Below, in pieces: positions 45,621-56,500 of a stretch of DNA of 64,000 nt (its first letter is position 1; each line of letters opens with the position of its first letter). Position numbers and translations under genes: made by a program. This stretch comes from Clostridia bacterium (GTDB lineage: Bacteria; Bacillota; Clostridia; Christensenellales; CAG-1252), in the NCBI GenBank assembly GCA_017444385.1, contig JAFSWQ010000008.1:71685-135684 (forward strand). Direction: 5' to 3'. The notes beneath the pieces are model-generated. The model was not told where the DNA came from. It saw only the letters and a program-made list of their open reading frames with translations, and did no database searches.

Positions 45621-46637
45621 TTATTCCTCCTCGGGATCGGTTATCGTATTTATTGCCTCTTCGAGATGCGTTAAGACTTCGATAACCTTTTTATAATCCA
45701 TTCTTTCGGGGCCTATTATACCCGCGTGAATGTTCTTCGTGTCGTCGATTTTGTAATTCAAACTGACGAGCGAACCGTGAGCGACGCCTTCGTCCGCGCC
45801 TATCTTGACCGACAATTCGATGCCGCCCGAAGTCACTATGCTTCCCAGTTTTTCCTTACTGTCGATTAGCGACAAAATGGCTTTCATATTGCCCGACTGT
45901 TCGTATTCCGGATAGTCGAGAAGTTTCGCCGTGCCTTCAACTATTACGTTATTGCTTTTCGCCCCTTGAATGGTTTCCAAGAGTTTTATGACCGAATTCA
46001 ATAATTCTCTATACTGGTGCAATTCGCTCGAAAGGTTGTCTTGCGAAAGCAATATGTCTTTAACCGACTTGCCGTCGAATAGTTGATTGACTATCTCGCT
46101 CGCTGTTGCAAGGTATTCGCTACCCATATTTACGGGAAGATCGATAATGCTATCCTTAACTACTCCGCCGTTCGTAACGATTACTATGAGCGCGGAATTA
46201 TCGCCCAAGTCGACTAGCCTAATATTCTTAACTACCACGTCGGCGATATCTTCTACGACGACGACCGAAGTATAATTGGTCACGTCGGAAAGCACTTTTG
46301 CGGTAGAACGAACGACGTCTTCCACTTCGTCCATTTTGGAATTAAAGAAGTTCCTCAATTCTTGAACGTAATCCATTCTCGATCCTTGCGCGACTTGGGG
46401 TAAGGACTCAACGTAGAGTTTATACGCTTTTGCGGTGGGGATACGCCCAGCCGAAACGTGAGGTTGTTCGAGATATCCCATTTCTTCAAGAGCGGACAAT
46501 TCCGATCGAATGGTCGCCGGGCTTATCTTTTCTTCAATGACGTCTTTGATATCCGATGACGAAACGGGTTGCGCCGTTTCGATATAACGAGCCACCAAAG
46601 CTTGAAGTATCTTTTGTTTTCTAATGGATAACGCCAT
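45621..46637 (-). CDS. hrcA: Heat-inducible transcription repressor HrcA
   Basis: 338 aa. RKQKILQALVARYIETAQPVSS winged helix. First gene of the dnaK operon. Confidence 0.9.
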   Translation of the reverse strand: MALSIRKQKILQALVARYIETAQPVSSSDIKDVIEEKISPATIRSELSALEEMGYLEQPHVSAGRIPTAKAYKLYVESLPQVAQGSRMDYVQELRNFFNSKMDEVEDVVRSTAKVLSDVTNYTSVVVVEDIADVVVKNIRLVDLGDNSALIVIVTNGGVVKDSIIDLPVNMGSEYLATASEIVNQLFDGKSVKDILLSQDNLSSELHQYRELLNSVIKLLETIQGAKSNNVIVEGTAKLLDYPEYEQSGNMKAILSLIDSKEKLGSIVTSGGIELSVKIGADEGVAHGSLVSLNYKIDDTKNIHAGIIGPERMDYKKVIEVLTHLEEAINTITDPEEE

Positions 46638-46651
46638 ATTCGCCTCCGTTA

Positions 46652-46678
46652 TTAGCAGTCGTAACCTTCTATTGCTAA
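46652..46678. promoter_or_regulatory. CIRCE operator 1 (HrcA binding site, imperfect)
   Basis: TTAGCAGTC-N9-TATTGCTAA versus consensus TTAGCACTC-N9-GAGTGCTAA. Confidence 0.7.
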
Positions 46679-46682
46679 CACC

Positions 46683-46711
46683 ATTATATACCTTAGTATT
46701 AGCAATGTCAA
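46683..46711 (-). promoter_or_regulatory. Sigma-A promoter of the hrcA-grpE-dnaK-dnaJ operon
   Basis: On the - strand: TTGACA (46711-46706), 17-bp spacer, TATAAT (46688-46683). Confidence 0.7.
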
Positions 46712-46725
46712 GGGTTGAGTGCTAA
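46699..46725. promoter_or_regulatory. CIRCE operator 2 (overlaps the -35 box)
   Basis: TTAGCAATG-N9-GAGTGCTAA. The right arm matches the consensus exactly. Confidence 0.8.
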
Positions 46726-46860
46726 TTATTTTAAAAATTTTTTATTTTTTTATTTTACGAAAAAGATGCGCGGCCTTCCCATACGCTTTTTATTATTATA
46801 TGGAATTTATATAATAGTTATTTATATAAATAAAAAGACTTATTGATAATAGTTTCTAAA

Positions 46861-47976
46861 TTACAAGTATTTTTCGACCATGCTTTCTATAATCGAATTT
46901 GAAACGTAAAAGTATTCGTCTTTGATGACGATTCGCGACTCGTTTATATCGCAAGTGCGTTTTACCGCCTCGGTCTCCAATTCTTCCTTGAATTCCTCTT
47001 TGAAATCGGTTGAAAACCTATCGTTGTATTCCTTGAAAACGAGACCTCTCGCGGTACGTAACGCAAGCATTATAAAATCGACTTTCAACCCTTCTTCACT
47101 CTCGTCGACGTAATCTTTTAAGCTTTTTCCGTTAAGAGTATAATCGGTATAAAGCTCTACGTTCGATACGTTGAAGTATCTCTTCCCTTCGTAAAATGAG
47201 TGCGCCGCCGCCCCGAGACCTATATACGAACCGAAACGCCAAACCGCTGAATTGTGTTTACATTCGTAGCCGGGTAACGCGAAGTTACTTATTTCATAAC
47301 GACGGAAATCGTTCTCAATTAGAATTTCCCTCGCCGCTTCGTAGTATTCGACTTGCTTATCTTCATCGGGCAAAGTGACGAGAGAGGATTCCACTTTCGA
47401 GAATAAGGGCGCTTCTTCTTCGAGTATCAACGAATACACCGAAACGTGCTTTACCCCCGTTTGGATTATTCTTTTAATATCCCGCCTTACGTCCTCTATC
47501 GTTTGAAAAGGCAAACCTACCATATAATCGGCGTTCACGTTGTCGAATATGGATACTGCGGTTTCAAGCGCGCTTATCGCTACGGCTGAATCGTGAATCC
47601 TACCTATCGCTTTTAAGGTCGCGTCGTTTAACGACTGTACGCCTATCGAGAGCCTGTTTATTCCAAAAGAGCGCATCGCTTCAAGTTTCTCTCTACTTGC
47701 CGTATCGGGATTACATTCCGAGCTTATTTCCGCGGAAGACAAGTCGAACCTCTCTTTTAATCCGTTTAGCAATTTTTCGAATTGCCCGTTTGATAGTAAT
47801 GTGGGCGTGCCGCCGCCGAAATATAAAGAATTTATCTTTTGTTTTGGATAATTATTCGCTTCGCGTAAAAGAGCGACGACGTAATCGTCGTCGCAATGCT
47901 CGCGCGGAATAGAGTAAAAACTACAATAATCGCACTTCTTTTTACAGTATGGAATATGAACGTAAAGCTCGGTCAT
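46861..47976 (-). CDS. hemW: Radical SAM heme chaperone HemW (HemN-like)
   Basis: 371 aa. [14 protein letters not shown] radical SAM cluster. Conserved position between lepA and hrcA. Confidence 0.85.
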   Translation of the reverse strand: MTELYVHIPYCKKKCDYCSFYSIPREHCDDDYVVALLREANNYPKQKINSLYFGGGTPTLLSNGQFEKLLNGLKERFDLSSAEISSECNPDTASREKLEAMRSFGINRLSIGVQSLNDATLKAIGRIHDSAVAISALETAVSIFDNVNADYMVGLPFQTIEDVRRDIKRIIQTGVKHVSVYSLILEEEAPLFSKVESSLVTLPDEDKQVEYYEAAREILIENDFRRYEISNFALPGYECKHNSAVWRFGSYIGLGAAAHSFYEGKRYFNVSNVELYTDYTLNGKSLKDYVDESEEGLKVDFIMLALRTARGLVFKEYNDRFSTDFKEEFKEELETEAVKRTCDINESRIVIKDEYFYVSNSIIESMVEKYL

Positions 47977-49775
47977 TGTTCGTCGTCCCCGACTTTGAGA
48001 ATGGACATAAACGCTTCGCTCGGGACTTGAACGCTACCCACTTGACGCATACGCTTTTTGCCCTCTTTCTGCTTTTCGAGAAGCTTTTTCTTTCTCGTTA
48101 TATCGCCGCCGTAACACTTTGCAAGAACGTCTTTTCTCATAGCTTTGACGGTTTCTCTCGCGATTATTTTAGTGCCGATAGCCGCCTGAATGGGTATCTC
48201 GAACATTTGACGAGGTATAGCCTCTTTTAATCTTTCGGCTATCTTTCTACCTCTATCGTATGCAAAATCCTTGAATACTATCGTGCTTAACGCATCGCAC
48301 GCTTCGCCGTTTAGAAGGATATCGAGTTTGACCATATCGCTGCGTTGATAGCCGTGCATTTCGTAGTCGAGGGACGCGTAACCGCGTGTACGCGATTTAA
48401 GAGAATCGAAGAAGTCGTAGAGAATTTCGGCAAGAGGCATAACGTACAATATTTGCACTCTTTGCGGATCGAGATAGGACATATCGGTAAACACGCCTCT
48501 CTTGGATTGGCAAAGTTCCATGACGGGACCAACGTAATCGGGGGGTGTGAACACCGTGACTTTGACGATGGGTTCTTCGATATGATCTATTTCGGTGGGT
48601 TGCGGAAGTTTAGTGGGATTGTCGACCATCAATAATTCGCCGTTGGTCTTGAATACTTTGAAAACCACGCTCGGCGCGGTGGTGACGAGATCGAGATTAA
48701 ATTCGCGCTCTAACCTCTCTTCAATAATATCCATATGAAGAAGTCCCAAGAAACCGCAACGGAAGCCGAAGCCCAAAGCGACCGAAACGTCGGGCTCGAA
48801 GTAAAGTGAAGCGTCGTTGAGTTTGAGTTTATCGAGCGAGTCGCGAAGTTCGTTGTACTTGCTGCCGTCGGCGGGATATATACCCGCGAACACCACGGGT
48901 TTTACTTCCTTATAACCCGCGTAAGCCGTAGTGGTGGGATTCTCGGCGTTGGTTATCGTGTCGCCTACCGCAGTGTCTTTAAGGTTTTTGATACTTGCGG
49001 CGATATAACCGACGTCGCCCGAAACGAGTTCGTTAGTAACCGCGGCTTTGGGGTTAAAGTAACCTACTTCGGTTACCTCGAATTCCTTGCCGTTCGACAT
49101 CATTTTTATCTTATCGCCGAGTTTAACTTTACCTTCCCCTACTTTAACGAGGGATATCGCGCCGCGATAATTATCGTAAAAACTGTCGAAAATAAGCGCT
49201 TTGAAAGGCTTTTCGGGTTCGCACTTCGCGGGGGGAAGCCTTTCTATTATTTGTTCGAGAAGTCCTTCGATACCTATCCCCGTTTTAGCGGAAACGAGGG
49301 GGCAACCCTCGGTGTCCAGCCCTATCACGTCCTCTATCTCTTTCTTCGTCCTATCCACGTCTGCGGAAGCAAGGTCGATCTTATTTATAACCGGTAGAAT
49401 TTCGAGATCGTTATCGAGAGCCAAATAAACGTTGGTGAGCGTTTGCGCCTCTACCCCTTGAGTTGCGTCCACGACGAGCAACGCGCCGTCGCACGCGGCA
49501 AGAGAGCGGCTTACCTCGTAGGTAAAGTCGACGTGACCGGGAGTGTCTATCAAATTCAAAGTATATTCGTGCCCCTTATAGACGTATTTCATTCTTACGG
49601 GCGTTAGTTTAATAGTGATACCTCTTTCCCTCTCAAGATCCATACTGTCCAAAAGTTGATCTCTCGATTCTCTTTGAGATACGGTAGAGGTAAATTCCAT
49701 CAACCTATCGGCTAAGGTGGATTTACCGTGGTCTATATGAGCGACTATGCAAAAGTTTCTTATATAAGTTTCCAT
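47973..49775 (-). CDS. lepA: Translation elongation factor 4 (LepA)
   Basis: 600 aa. [28 protein letters not shown]. Confidence 0.95.
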   Translation of the reverse strand: METYIRNFCIVAHIDHGKSTLADRLMEFTSTVSQRESRDQLLDSMDLERERGITIKLTPVRMKYVYKGHEYTLNLIDTPGHVDFTYEVSRSLAACDGALLVVDATQGVEAQTLTNVYLALDNDLEILPVINKIDLASADVDRTKKEIEDVIGLDTEGCPLVSAKTGIGIEGLLEQIIERLPPAKCEPEKPFKALIFDSFYDNYRGAISLVKVGEGKVKLGDKIKMMSNGKEFEVTEVGYFNPKAAVTNELVSGDVGYIAASIKNLKDTAVGDTITNAENPTTTAYAGYKEVKPVVFAGIYPADGSKYNELRDSLDKLKLNDASLYFEPDVSVALGFGFRCGFLGLLHMDIIEERLEREFNLDLVTTAPSVVFKVFKTNGELLMVDNPTKLPQPTEIDHIEEPIVKVTVFTPPDYVGPVMELCQSKRGVFTDMSYLDPQRVQILYVMPLAEILYDFFDSLKSRTRGYASLDYEMHGYQRSDMVKLDILLNGEACDALSTIVFKDFAYDRGRKIAERLKEAIPRQMFEIPIQAAIGTKIIARETVKAMRKDVLAKCYGGDITRKKKLLEKQKEGKKRMRQVGSVQVPSEAFMSILKVGDDEQ

Positions 49776-49893
49776 AAAACCTCTTTACGAACGTACTTTT
49801 ATCATTATAAAACAATAAATTTTTTTTAGCAACCTATTTACATTTATATATTTTTTTTGTATAATATTATCGTACATAAAGGAGGTTTGCACA

Positions 49894-50607
49894 ATGGATT
49901 TTAGTTGGCTTATCGATACGCCTATCGCGCATAGAGGTCTTTGGGACGAAACTTATCCCGAGAATTCGTTAGGCGCTTATGAAAAAGCGATAGAAAAGGG
50001 GTTTAATATAGAGATCGACGTACATTTATTGGCGGATGGCGAATTCGCCGTATTCCACGATAACGGAACCGCTCGTATGTGCGGCAAAAAAGCGAAGGTT
50101 TCCTCTCTCACCGCTGCCGATCTTAAAAACTTCAAATTGAAAGGCACCGAGTATTATATCCCCACCCTTAAAGAATTTTTGGATCTCGTAGACGGTAAAG
50201 TCGGTCTATTGATAGAAATGAAGGATACGACGAATCGCAAAGGCGCTTCCGAGAAGTTGTACGAATATCTCAAAGACTACAAGGGCAAATACGCAATTCA
50301 ATCTTTCTTCCTTCCAGTTTTAAAATGGTGGAGAGATAATACGACCGATATCCCCGTAGGCGTTTTGGCTACCGGAGTTTTGAACGATTGGCAACTTCCC
50401 TTTTTCAAGAAGAAAGTTAAACCCGATTTTTACGCGTTCGATATCATCTTCCTTCCCTTCCCCTTCGTAATGAATCAACAAAAGAAGGGCGTTAAACTTT
50501 TGAGCTGGACGATAAAGACCGACGAACGTTTGGCAAAGGCGAAAAAGGTCGGCGTAGACAACGTAATTTTCGACCACATTAGAATTGATAGTTACTCGAA
50601 AGAATAA
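49894..50607 (+). CDS. Glycerophosphodiester phosphodiesterase family protein
   Basis: 237 aa. HRG...ENSL...IEIDVHL GDPD pattern. Confidence 0.75.
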   Translation: MDFSWLIDTPIAHRGLWDETYPENSLGAYEKAIEKGFNIEIDVHLLADGEFAVFHDNGTARMCGKKAKVSSLTAADLKNFKLKGTEYYIPTLKEFLDLVDGKVGLLIEMKDTTNRKGASEKLYEYLKDYKGKYAIQSFFLPVLKWWRDNTTDIPVGVLATGVLNDWQLPFFKKKVKPDFYAFDIIFLPFPFVMNQQKKGVKLLSWTIKTDERLAKAKKVGVDNVIFDHIRIDSYSKE

Positions 50608-50638
50608 AGTCTTTCGTAACCATAAATTTTTCTCCTTT

Positions 50639-50671
50639 GAAGCCGCTCTTTTGAGCGGCTTCTCGGTTTTT
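50639..50671 (+). terminator. Rho-independent terminator
   Basis: GAAGCCGCTC-TTTT-GAGCGGCTTC followed by TCGGTTTTT. Confidence 0.8.
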
Positions 50672-50742
50672 ATTATTCACTTTACAAAACGCTTAAAAAA
50701 AAGTATTAGAATAATTGTATCGTAACGCGTAATAGAAAAGGC

Positions 50743-51288
50743 TCAATACGCGTTATTTTCGTTTTTATCTTGAATGTAAACGACTTTTTCGGGCAACTTC
50801 TTAATGATAAAGAATACGATAATACCGGTTACTATGCCCGCTATAGAGCCGAATATGGATAGATGAGGTAAATAATAGAAAGGCGCGCCGCTACCTGCGA
50901 AAGCGCTGCCTACCGCGATTTGCCCGAGCCCATGAGCCGCGCCCCCCGCGCAACTTACTGCGGGAATGGAATTGGCTTTTAATCTTAATAGCAAAAATTC
51001 AACGCCCAAACTCAACAAACCGCCGCCCAAAGAATAGAGTATCATCATAGGATTACCGGCGATAAGCCCCAAGACGAGGCACTTAATACCTAAAACGAGG
51101 AATCCTTCCCCTATTCCGTATATTATCAACGTAAACAAAACGACGATATTACCGAAGCCGAGCTTGGCGAACGGTAAGAACGGGAAAATGGGCGGCATCA
51201 AGGATTCGAGATAGCCTATCATTATGCACATAGCGGACAGCACGCCCAAAACGGCGAGTTTTTTTACGGGAAAACTTCTCTTGTTCAT
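50743..51288 (-). CDS. Gx transporter family membrane protein (heptaprenyl-diphosphate-synthase-component-I-like fold)
   Basis: 181 aa, Gly-rich multi-TM. Conserved neighbourhood with NusG-II and ApbE genes. Confidence 0.6.
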   Translation of the reverse strand: MNKRSFPVKKLAVLGVLSAMCIMIGYLESLMPPIFPFLPFAKLGFGNIVVLFTLIIYGIGEGFLVLGIKCLVLGLIAGNPMMILYSLGGGLLSLGVEFLLLRLKANSIPAVSCAGGAAHGLGQIAVGSAFAGSGAPFYYLPHLSIFGSIAGIVTGIIVFFIIKKLPEKVVYIQDKNENNAY

Positions 51289-51680
51289 TTCGTCACCTCG
51301 TCCACTTCGCTCTTCTCGCCGCCGTATATCTTAACGACCACTTGGTTAGGCAAACACACTATACTTTCGCCGCTTTTCGATATAGGCGCGTGCTTTACGC
51401 AATATTGATTTTTGCAGGTGCTTTCGTAAACGTAAGCCTTACCTTCTTCAATCACTATCGTAACGCCGTTATATTTAAGCACGGGATAGGCGCTGCCGTC
51501 GAAAGCGACCGTCCTCACGAGTTCGCCTTTGTAGTATATTTTTACGCCCGCCGCTTCTTGACGGGGTAAAAACAGCACAAGTAAAAGCGCGACTACCATT
51601 ATCAATATCACGCCCACGACCGCGAGATCCCATAATCTGAACGGTTTAGATTCTTTGTAGTACCTAAAATCCTTTTTCAT
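51285..51680 (-). CDS. NusG domain II-containing membrane-anchored protein
   Basis: 131 aa. N-terminal TM helix. CKNQYC ... VCLPN pattern. 4-nt overlap with the downstream gene. Confidence 0.55.
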   Translation of the reverse strand: MKKDFRYYKESKPFRLWDLAVVGVILIMVVALLLVLFLPRQEAAGVKIYYKGELVRTVAFDGSAYPVLKYNGVTIVIEEGKAYVYESTCKNQYCVKHAPISKSGESIVCLPNQVVVKIYGGEKSEVDEVTK

Positions 51681-52658
51681 CTATTCCTCTACTTTTAATT
51701 TGTAGTCTTTTGACGTAACGTTTACGTCGAGTTTATAAGACGATACGTTTTTATCCTCGTATACGAACACCGCCGAAGCGTCGTATAAGTCGAGTAATTC
51801 TTTTGATTTTTCTGCGCCCAAAACGTAGCACGCGGTAGAGAGCGCGTCAGCCGCAGCGCCCGAGCCGCAAACCACGGTAACCGAGGCGAGAGAGTTTTCT
51901 ACCGGGCGACCGTTATCCCCGAAAATATGGTGATAAAGAGTACCCTCGTAAACGTAATTTCTTTGATAATTGCCGCTCGTCGAACACACTTCTCCGCTTT
52001 TCAAAGTAAAAACCGCGAAATAGGATTCGCCGCCGAAGGGCGGTTCGATACCTACCTTATATTCTTTGCCTATCGCGCCGATAGTGCCGCCCAAATTCAA
52101 AATACCCTCTTTGAAACCGCACTTTTCAAGCAAATAACTCACCGCGTAACCCTTGCCGAGCGCGCCGAGGTCGAGAGCGGCGAGGTCGTCTTTTTTAGTC
52201 ACCGTCATATTCTCGTCGTCGAATTCGAATAGATCGAGCCCCACGTGCGTAAGCGTTTGCGTTATGCTTTGATCGTCGGGCGGGGTAAGAGAGGAATTTT
52301 CGTTAAAAGTGTTATCGAAACCCCACAATTTAACGATGGGATAAAGCGATATGTCGAGCGCCGACGAATTCTTATTGAAATCTACGGCAAACTTAATAAG
52401 CGAATAAGTTGCGGCGTCCACTTTAACCGCTTCCCCCGCTTTCGCCTCGTTTATCTTTTTCAATTCGCCGTCCACGGAAACCAGATTTTCAAGTTCTAAT
52501 AGCTTCTTTTCGAGTTCCTTTTGCTCTACCCCGCCCACGCCTTTGAACGAATAAAAAGTCCCCATAAATCCGAAACCCATATATTCTCGGTTAGGAGCGC
52601 AAGCGGCTAAACTTACCGCGATAAATACCATCAAAAGCACGGCGGCTATTTTTTTCAT
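51681..52658 (-). CDS. apbE: FAD:protein FMN transferase (ApbE family lipoprotein)
   Basis: I prefer the start MKKIAAVLLMVFIAVSLAAC (lipobox LAAC) at 52658 over the ORF-track start at 52727. ApbE-like GALGKGYA motif. Confidence 0.75.
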   Translation of the reverse strand: MKKIAAVLLMVFIAVSLAACAPNREYMGFGFMGTFYSFKGVGGVEQKELEKKLLELENLVSVDGELKKINEAKAGEAVKVDAATYSLIKFAVDFNKNSSALDISLYPIVKLWGFDNTFNENSSLTPPDDQSITQTLTHVGLDLFEFDDENMTVTKKDDLAALDLGALGKGYAVSYLLEKCGFKEGILNLGGTIGAIGKEYKVGIEPPFGGESYFAVFTLKSGEVCSTSGNYQRNYVYEGTLYHHIFGDNGRPVENSLASVTVVCGSGAAADALSTACYVLGAEKSKELLDLYDASAVFVYEDKNVSSYKLDVNVTSKDYKLKVEE

Positions 52659-52786
52659 ACCATAATAATAGCATATATTTGCTTTTTCGTCATCTAATGA
52701 ACGGTTTTTTGTTGAAAAAAATATCAATATATATTATAATTTACTTATAGTATTTCGCGGCTAGACCGCGAAGCAATGGAGAAAAT

Positions 52787-53602
52787 ATGAAATATATTAA
52801 ACTGACTTTTCAATATATGTTCAACAAGCATTTTTGGAAGATCGCTTTGATAACCCTTATACCCTCGATAGCGATAAGTTTTTTCGCGTCGTTTTCCTCT
52901 ACCGCGCATTACCTTATCAACTTTTTCAAACAAGAGGATTATAGCTTTTCGGCGGTTTACGGCTCGATATCCGATATAAACTGGGTGGGATTTCTCGTCG
53001 CATTAGGCGTCCTAATACTCTTCAGCTGTATTCTTTCGGTCATAACGGGGACGCTTCAACGACACATGAGGACGGGGCAATTCGCGATAACCAATATAGG
53101 AAAGAGATTAAACGAAAACTTTATATCCTGCTTCCTTACTCTCGCGCTCGTTTTCCTACTCGTTTACCTCTTCGGCGTGTTTACCTCGATAACCGTTTCC
53201 GCTTGGTTTAAGATCACTTCGAGCGCAACGGCGACTCTCGTTATCTCGGCTATCTTTATAGCGGTCATCTTCTTTATAATGGTACTTTTGGTATCTTTGT
53301 TCTCTATGACAAACCCGAATATGATATGCACGGGCGCAAACATTTTAGACAGTATAAGCGTTTCCATCAAAAACACCCGTCCTTACTTGTTCAAGATAAT
53401 AGTCGCATACTCTCTGCCTTTGATATTACTCTTCGCGGTTCAGTTCGGGCTTGCTTTCGTCGAGTTCCGCGCGATACATATCGTGATAGACAGTATTATG
53501 ATGTTCTTCATTTCCTGCTACTATCCCGTTTTGGCGTTCGTAACCTACTACGATATATTCGATAGAGATCGCGAAGACCTCTTGCCCGAAAACCGTCTAT
53601 GA
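52787..53602 (+). CDS. Hypothetical polytopic membrane protein
   Basis: 271 aa, at least 5 hydrophobic helices. No catalytic motif recognised. Confidence 0.55.
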   Translation: MKYIKLTFQYMFNKHFWKIALITLIPSIAISFFASFSSTAHYLINFFKQEDYSFSAVYGSISDINWVGFLVALGVLILFSCILSVITGTLQRHMRTGQFAITNIGKRLNENFISCFLTLALVFLLVYLFGVFTSITVSAWFKITSSATATLVISAIFIAVIFFIMVLLVSLFSMTNPNMICTGANILDSISVSIKNTRPYLFKIIVAYSLPLILLFAVQFGLAFVEFRAIHIVIDSIMMFFISCYYPVLAFVTYYDIFDRDREDLLPENRL

Positions 53603-53610
53603 GGTGATTT

Positions 53611-54522
53611 ATGTTATTCAAACATTCCTTTTCGATATTCCTTAATAAATATAACCTTATATTCAAATCCATCATATATTTCGCGGTTATTGTTTTGATT
53701 ATGACTTCTTTGACGCTCGCTTTCATAAGCCCTATGTTCAAGAGAGTGAGAGACGAAGTCAAGGAAACTCATTTCATTGAGACCTTGCGCGAAGCGGGTA
53801 AAGAATTCATAACCGGCGACGAAGCATACGAGGAAACGATAGAGAAACTTACGATAGATTGGCGTAAGGTTTTGAATTCCTTTGAAGATACTAAACTCGT
53901 TACCGCGATAATCGTTACGGCCGTCTTCCTTTTGATAACCTATTTTTTAATGTTTTTATCCTATTTTGCTTTATCCGATATAATAAACGAATTTATGTTG
54001 GACGGCGCAAAGTACGGATTTTTATCGAATATGATATACAACCTCGGCAAATCAGCGCTATTTGCCCTTCTCTTCCTCGCGATTACGATTCCCGTCAATT
54101 TCGTTATCTTCGCGGCGGCTTACCTTATTCTGTGGGGCGTTACCAAGTTAGCGGGCGTGATTTTTGCATTACCTCTAACGGTATTATTCTTAATAGTCGT
54201 ATTCGCCATTCAAAACACGTTACTTTCCGCTTGGTTGCCCGCGATGACGCGCGACGGTCTTTCGGTCACAAAGGCGTTAAGAGAATCCTTCAAAAACGTT
54301 AAACCAATATTCGGCGAGACTCTCGGGTTATTCGTAATGATAAACTTCTTGGGGCTTATATGGGTTAGCGTATGCACGTTTACCACTTTCGGCGTAGGCT
54401 TTATAATCGCTATCCCCTCTATCGTTATTTTCAAACGTTGCGCCGAACACGTTCTCTACTACAACGCGAAGAAATACAAATACTACGTTGATAAAGATAA
54501 AGTCGTTCAAGGCGGTTTTTGA
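53611..54522 (+). CDS. Hypothetical polytopic membrane protein
   Basis: 303 aa, multiple TM helices. 8-nt spacer from the upstream membrane protein gene. Confidence 0.55.
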   Translation: MLFKHSFSIFLNKYNLIFKSIIYFAVIVLIMTSLTLAFISPMFKRVRDEVKETHFIETLREAGKEFITGDEAYEETIEKLTIDWRKVLNSFEDTKLVTAIIVTAVFLLITYFLMFLSYFALSDIINEFMLDGAKYGFLSNMIYNLGKSALFALLFLAITIPVNFVIFAAAYLILWGVTKLAGVIFALPLTVLFLIVVFAIQNTLLSAWLPAMTRDGLSVTKALRESFKNVKPIFGETLGLFVMINFLGLIWVSVCTFTTFGVGFIIAIPSIVIFKRCAEHVLYYNAKKYKYYVDKDKVVQGGF

Positions 54523-54558
54523 TATAATCAATAAAGAGTATTATTTGTGTAAATATAA

Positions 54559-54698
54559 GTACGTCATCTGAGCGTCGTCGAAGGATCCCCTAACTTAAGC
54601 ACGTCATCCTGAGCGTCGTCGAAGGATCCCCTAAGAAGTGGTAATACTCTCATAAAACTCAAATCGGATTAGACGTTTCGACTACGCTCAACATGACG
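54559..54698 (-). repeat. REP/MITE-like element (locus F), inverted relative to locus D, with one arm duplicated
   Basis: ACGTCATCTGAGCGTCGTCGAAGGATCCCCTAA, then ACGTCATCCTGAGCGTCGTCGAAGGATCCCCTAA, then ~45 nt, then GACGTTTCGACTACGCTCAACATGACG. Confidence 0.85.
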
Positions 54699-54835
54699 AA
54701 TAATATATTTATCAATTATTTATAACTAAAACTATATCATTAAAACAAACGCGGTAAAAAACAATACACCGCGTTCTTTTTTATCAAAAAAACAATTCGC
54801 CTGCTCTTCTTAATATTGATAAAAAACCTTATTTA

Positions 54836-55558
54836 TTAAAACTTCCCTTCGGTAAATTTATAGAGCGCGATTCCTACCGCGGTGGGAAGGTTAAGGCTAT
54901 CTATCGAATCGGTATGCTTGATAATTACGGGGTCGCCTACCTTCAAAAAGTTATCGGGCAATCCCGAGGACTCGTTGCCGAAAACGAGAGACGCGGGGCG
55001 AACGAACTCGGCTTTGTCGAGAGAAAACTTGGCTTGCAGCATAAAAGGATAGCAATTCCTTTTACTCACCGATTGGATATATTCGTTAAAGGTCGAATAA
55101 TGCGATATCCGCAAACTGAACACCGCGCCCATCGAACTTCTAACCGTTTTAGGATCGAATACGTCCACGGCAGGGGTGATTATCGCAAGATCTCGCATTC
55201 CAAACCCTAAACTTGAACGAATAATAGTACCTAAATTACCGCTGTTCGAGGGGTTAACCAAGACGATATGATCGGTATCGGGATTTATTCTTTCTTCAAA
55301 CTTCTCGAAAACGCCTATTGCGAAACAGTTTTCCTTTTGCGACAGGATATTAAACGCTTTGTCGTTCGTTTCGTAAGGAATACCATTCTTTTCGCACAAT
55401 TCGACGATACGCTTACCGCCCTCGCCGTCAATTTGAGAATGTAATAAAACTATCTTGGTTTTTTCGGGTTTATACTTCAACAACTCTATCGTTAAAGTAG
55501 TGCCCAAAGTGTAACTCTCGTCGTTTTCCTTTTTATATCTTTTTACGGTATAGCTCAT
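54836..55558 (-). CDS. TrmH/SpoU-family RNA 2'-O-methyltransferase
   Basis: 240 aa. SPOUT C-terminal motifs LVFGNESSGL and SLNLPTAVGIALY. Confidence 0.75.
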   Translation of the reverse strand: MSYTVKRYKKENDESYTLGTTLTIELLKYKPEKTKIVLLHSQIDGEGGKRIVELCEKNGIPYETNDKAFNILSQKENCFAIGVFEKFEERINPDTDHIVLVNPSNSGNLGTIIRSSLGFGMRDLAIITPAVDVFDPKTVRSSMGAVFSLRISHYSTFNEYIQSVSKRNCYPFMLQAKFSLDKAEFVRPASLVFGNESSGLPDNFLKVGDPVIIKHTDSIDSLNLPTAVGIALYKFTEGKF

Positions 55559-55609
55559 TTTTACCTCTTAATCTCGTAGTCTTTCTCTATTATTTATTCC
55601 GCGTAACCT

Positions 55610-56500
55610 TTACTTCTTCGGGTAATCCCCGAAAAACTCTGGGACGTATTCCTCTTTCGCACTAGAGGTTTCTTGAATAAAACAGTTATTCATTCCCATC
55701 TTTTCGGCTTTCGCGACTACCGCTTTGTACTCGACGCCTTTTAATCTTCGATCAAGCGGAGGATATTCTTTCGCTCTTCCCGAGGGGAAATACTGGCTCA
55801 TAATCGAATACCAAACCTTTTCGCCGAATTCGGCGTACACGGTTTTGAGGACGTTTACGCTGTCCTCGACGTTGCCGGGGAGAACGAGATGGCGAATTAT
55901 TACGCCCTTCTTTATCAAACCGTTTTCGACGGTAGGCTCGCCGACCTGGCGGAACATCTCTTTTATCGCGTTTAAGGCGACTTCCGCATAATCGCTTCTA
56001 CCGGATAACGACTTGGATAATACGCTTGAATAGTATTTGAAGTCGGGCAAATATACGTCGACAAGTCCCTCAAGTTCTTTTAACGTCGATACGCTTTCAT
56101 AAGCGGAAGTATTATAGACGACTGGAATTCTTGGTTTGTATTTTTCGAGCGCTTCTTTAACCGCGTAAGCGTAATGCGTGGGCGTAACGAAGTTTATATT
56201 TTCCGCGCCTTTTTCTTCAAGGTTCTTTATCTCGACGATAAGTTCGTCTACCGTAACGGTTTTACCTCGTCTTAAAGTGGATATTTCGTAATTTTGGCAA
56301 AATACGCAACGGAGATTACAGCCCGAAAAGAATATCGTGCCGCTACCCTTTTCACCCGATACGATAGGCTCTTCCCAAAAGTGAAGGTCGGCTCTCGCAA
56401 TTCTTATATCCGCGTTTACGCCGCAAACGCCGGTGGCGATCCGCCTATCGACGCCGCACTTATTCGGGCATATTTCGCACTTAGTAACGTCAAGACTCAT
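55610..56500 (-). CDS. Radical SAM protein (pyruvate formate-lyase-activase-like, PflX-type)
   Basis: 296 aa. CNLRCVFCQN cluster plus N-terminal Cys-rich region CEICPNKCGV. Confidence 0.7.
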   Translation of the reverse strand: MSLDVTKCEICPNKCGVDRRIATGVCGVNADIRIARADLHFWEEPIVSGEKGSGTIFFSGCNLRCVFCQNYEISTLRRGKTVTVDELIVEIKNLEEKGAENINFVTPTHYAYAVKEALEKYKPRIPVVYNTSAYESVSTLKELEGLVDVYLPDFKYYSSVLSKSLSGRSDYAEVALNAIKEMFRQVGEPTVENGLIKKGVIIRHLVLPGNVEDSVNVLKTVYAEFGEKVWYSIMSQYFPSGRAKEYPPLDRRLKGVEYKAVVAKAEKMGMNNCFIQETSSAKEEYVPEFFGDYPKK

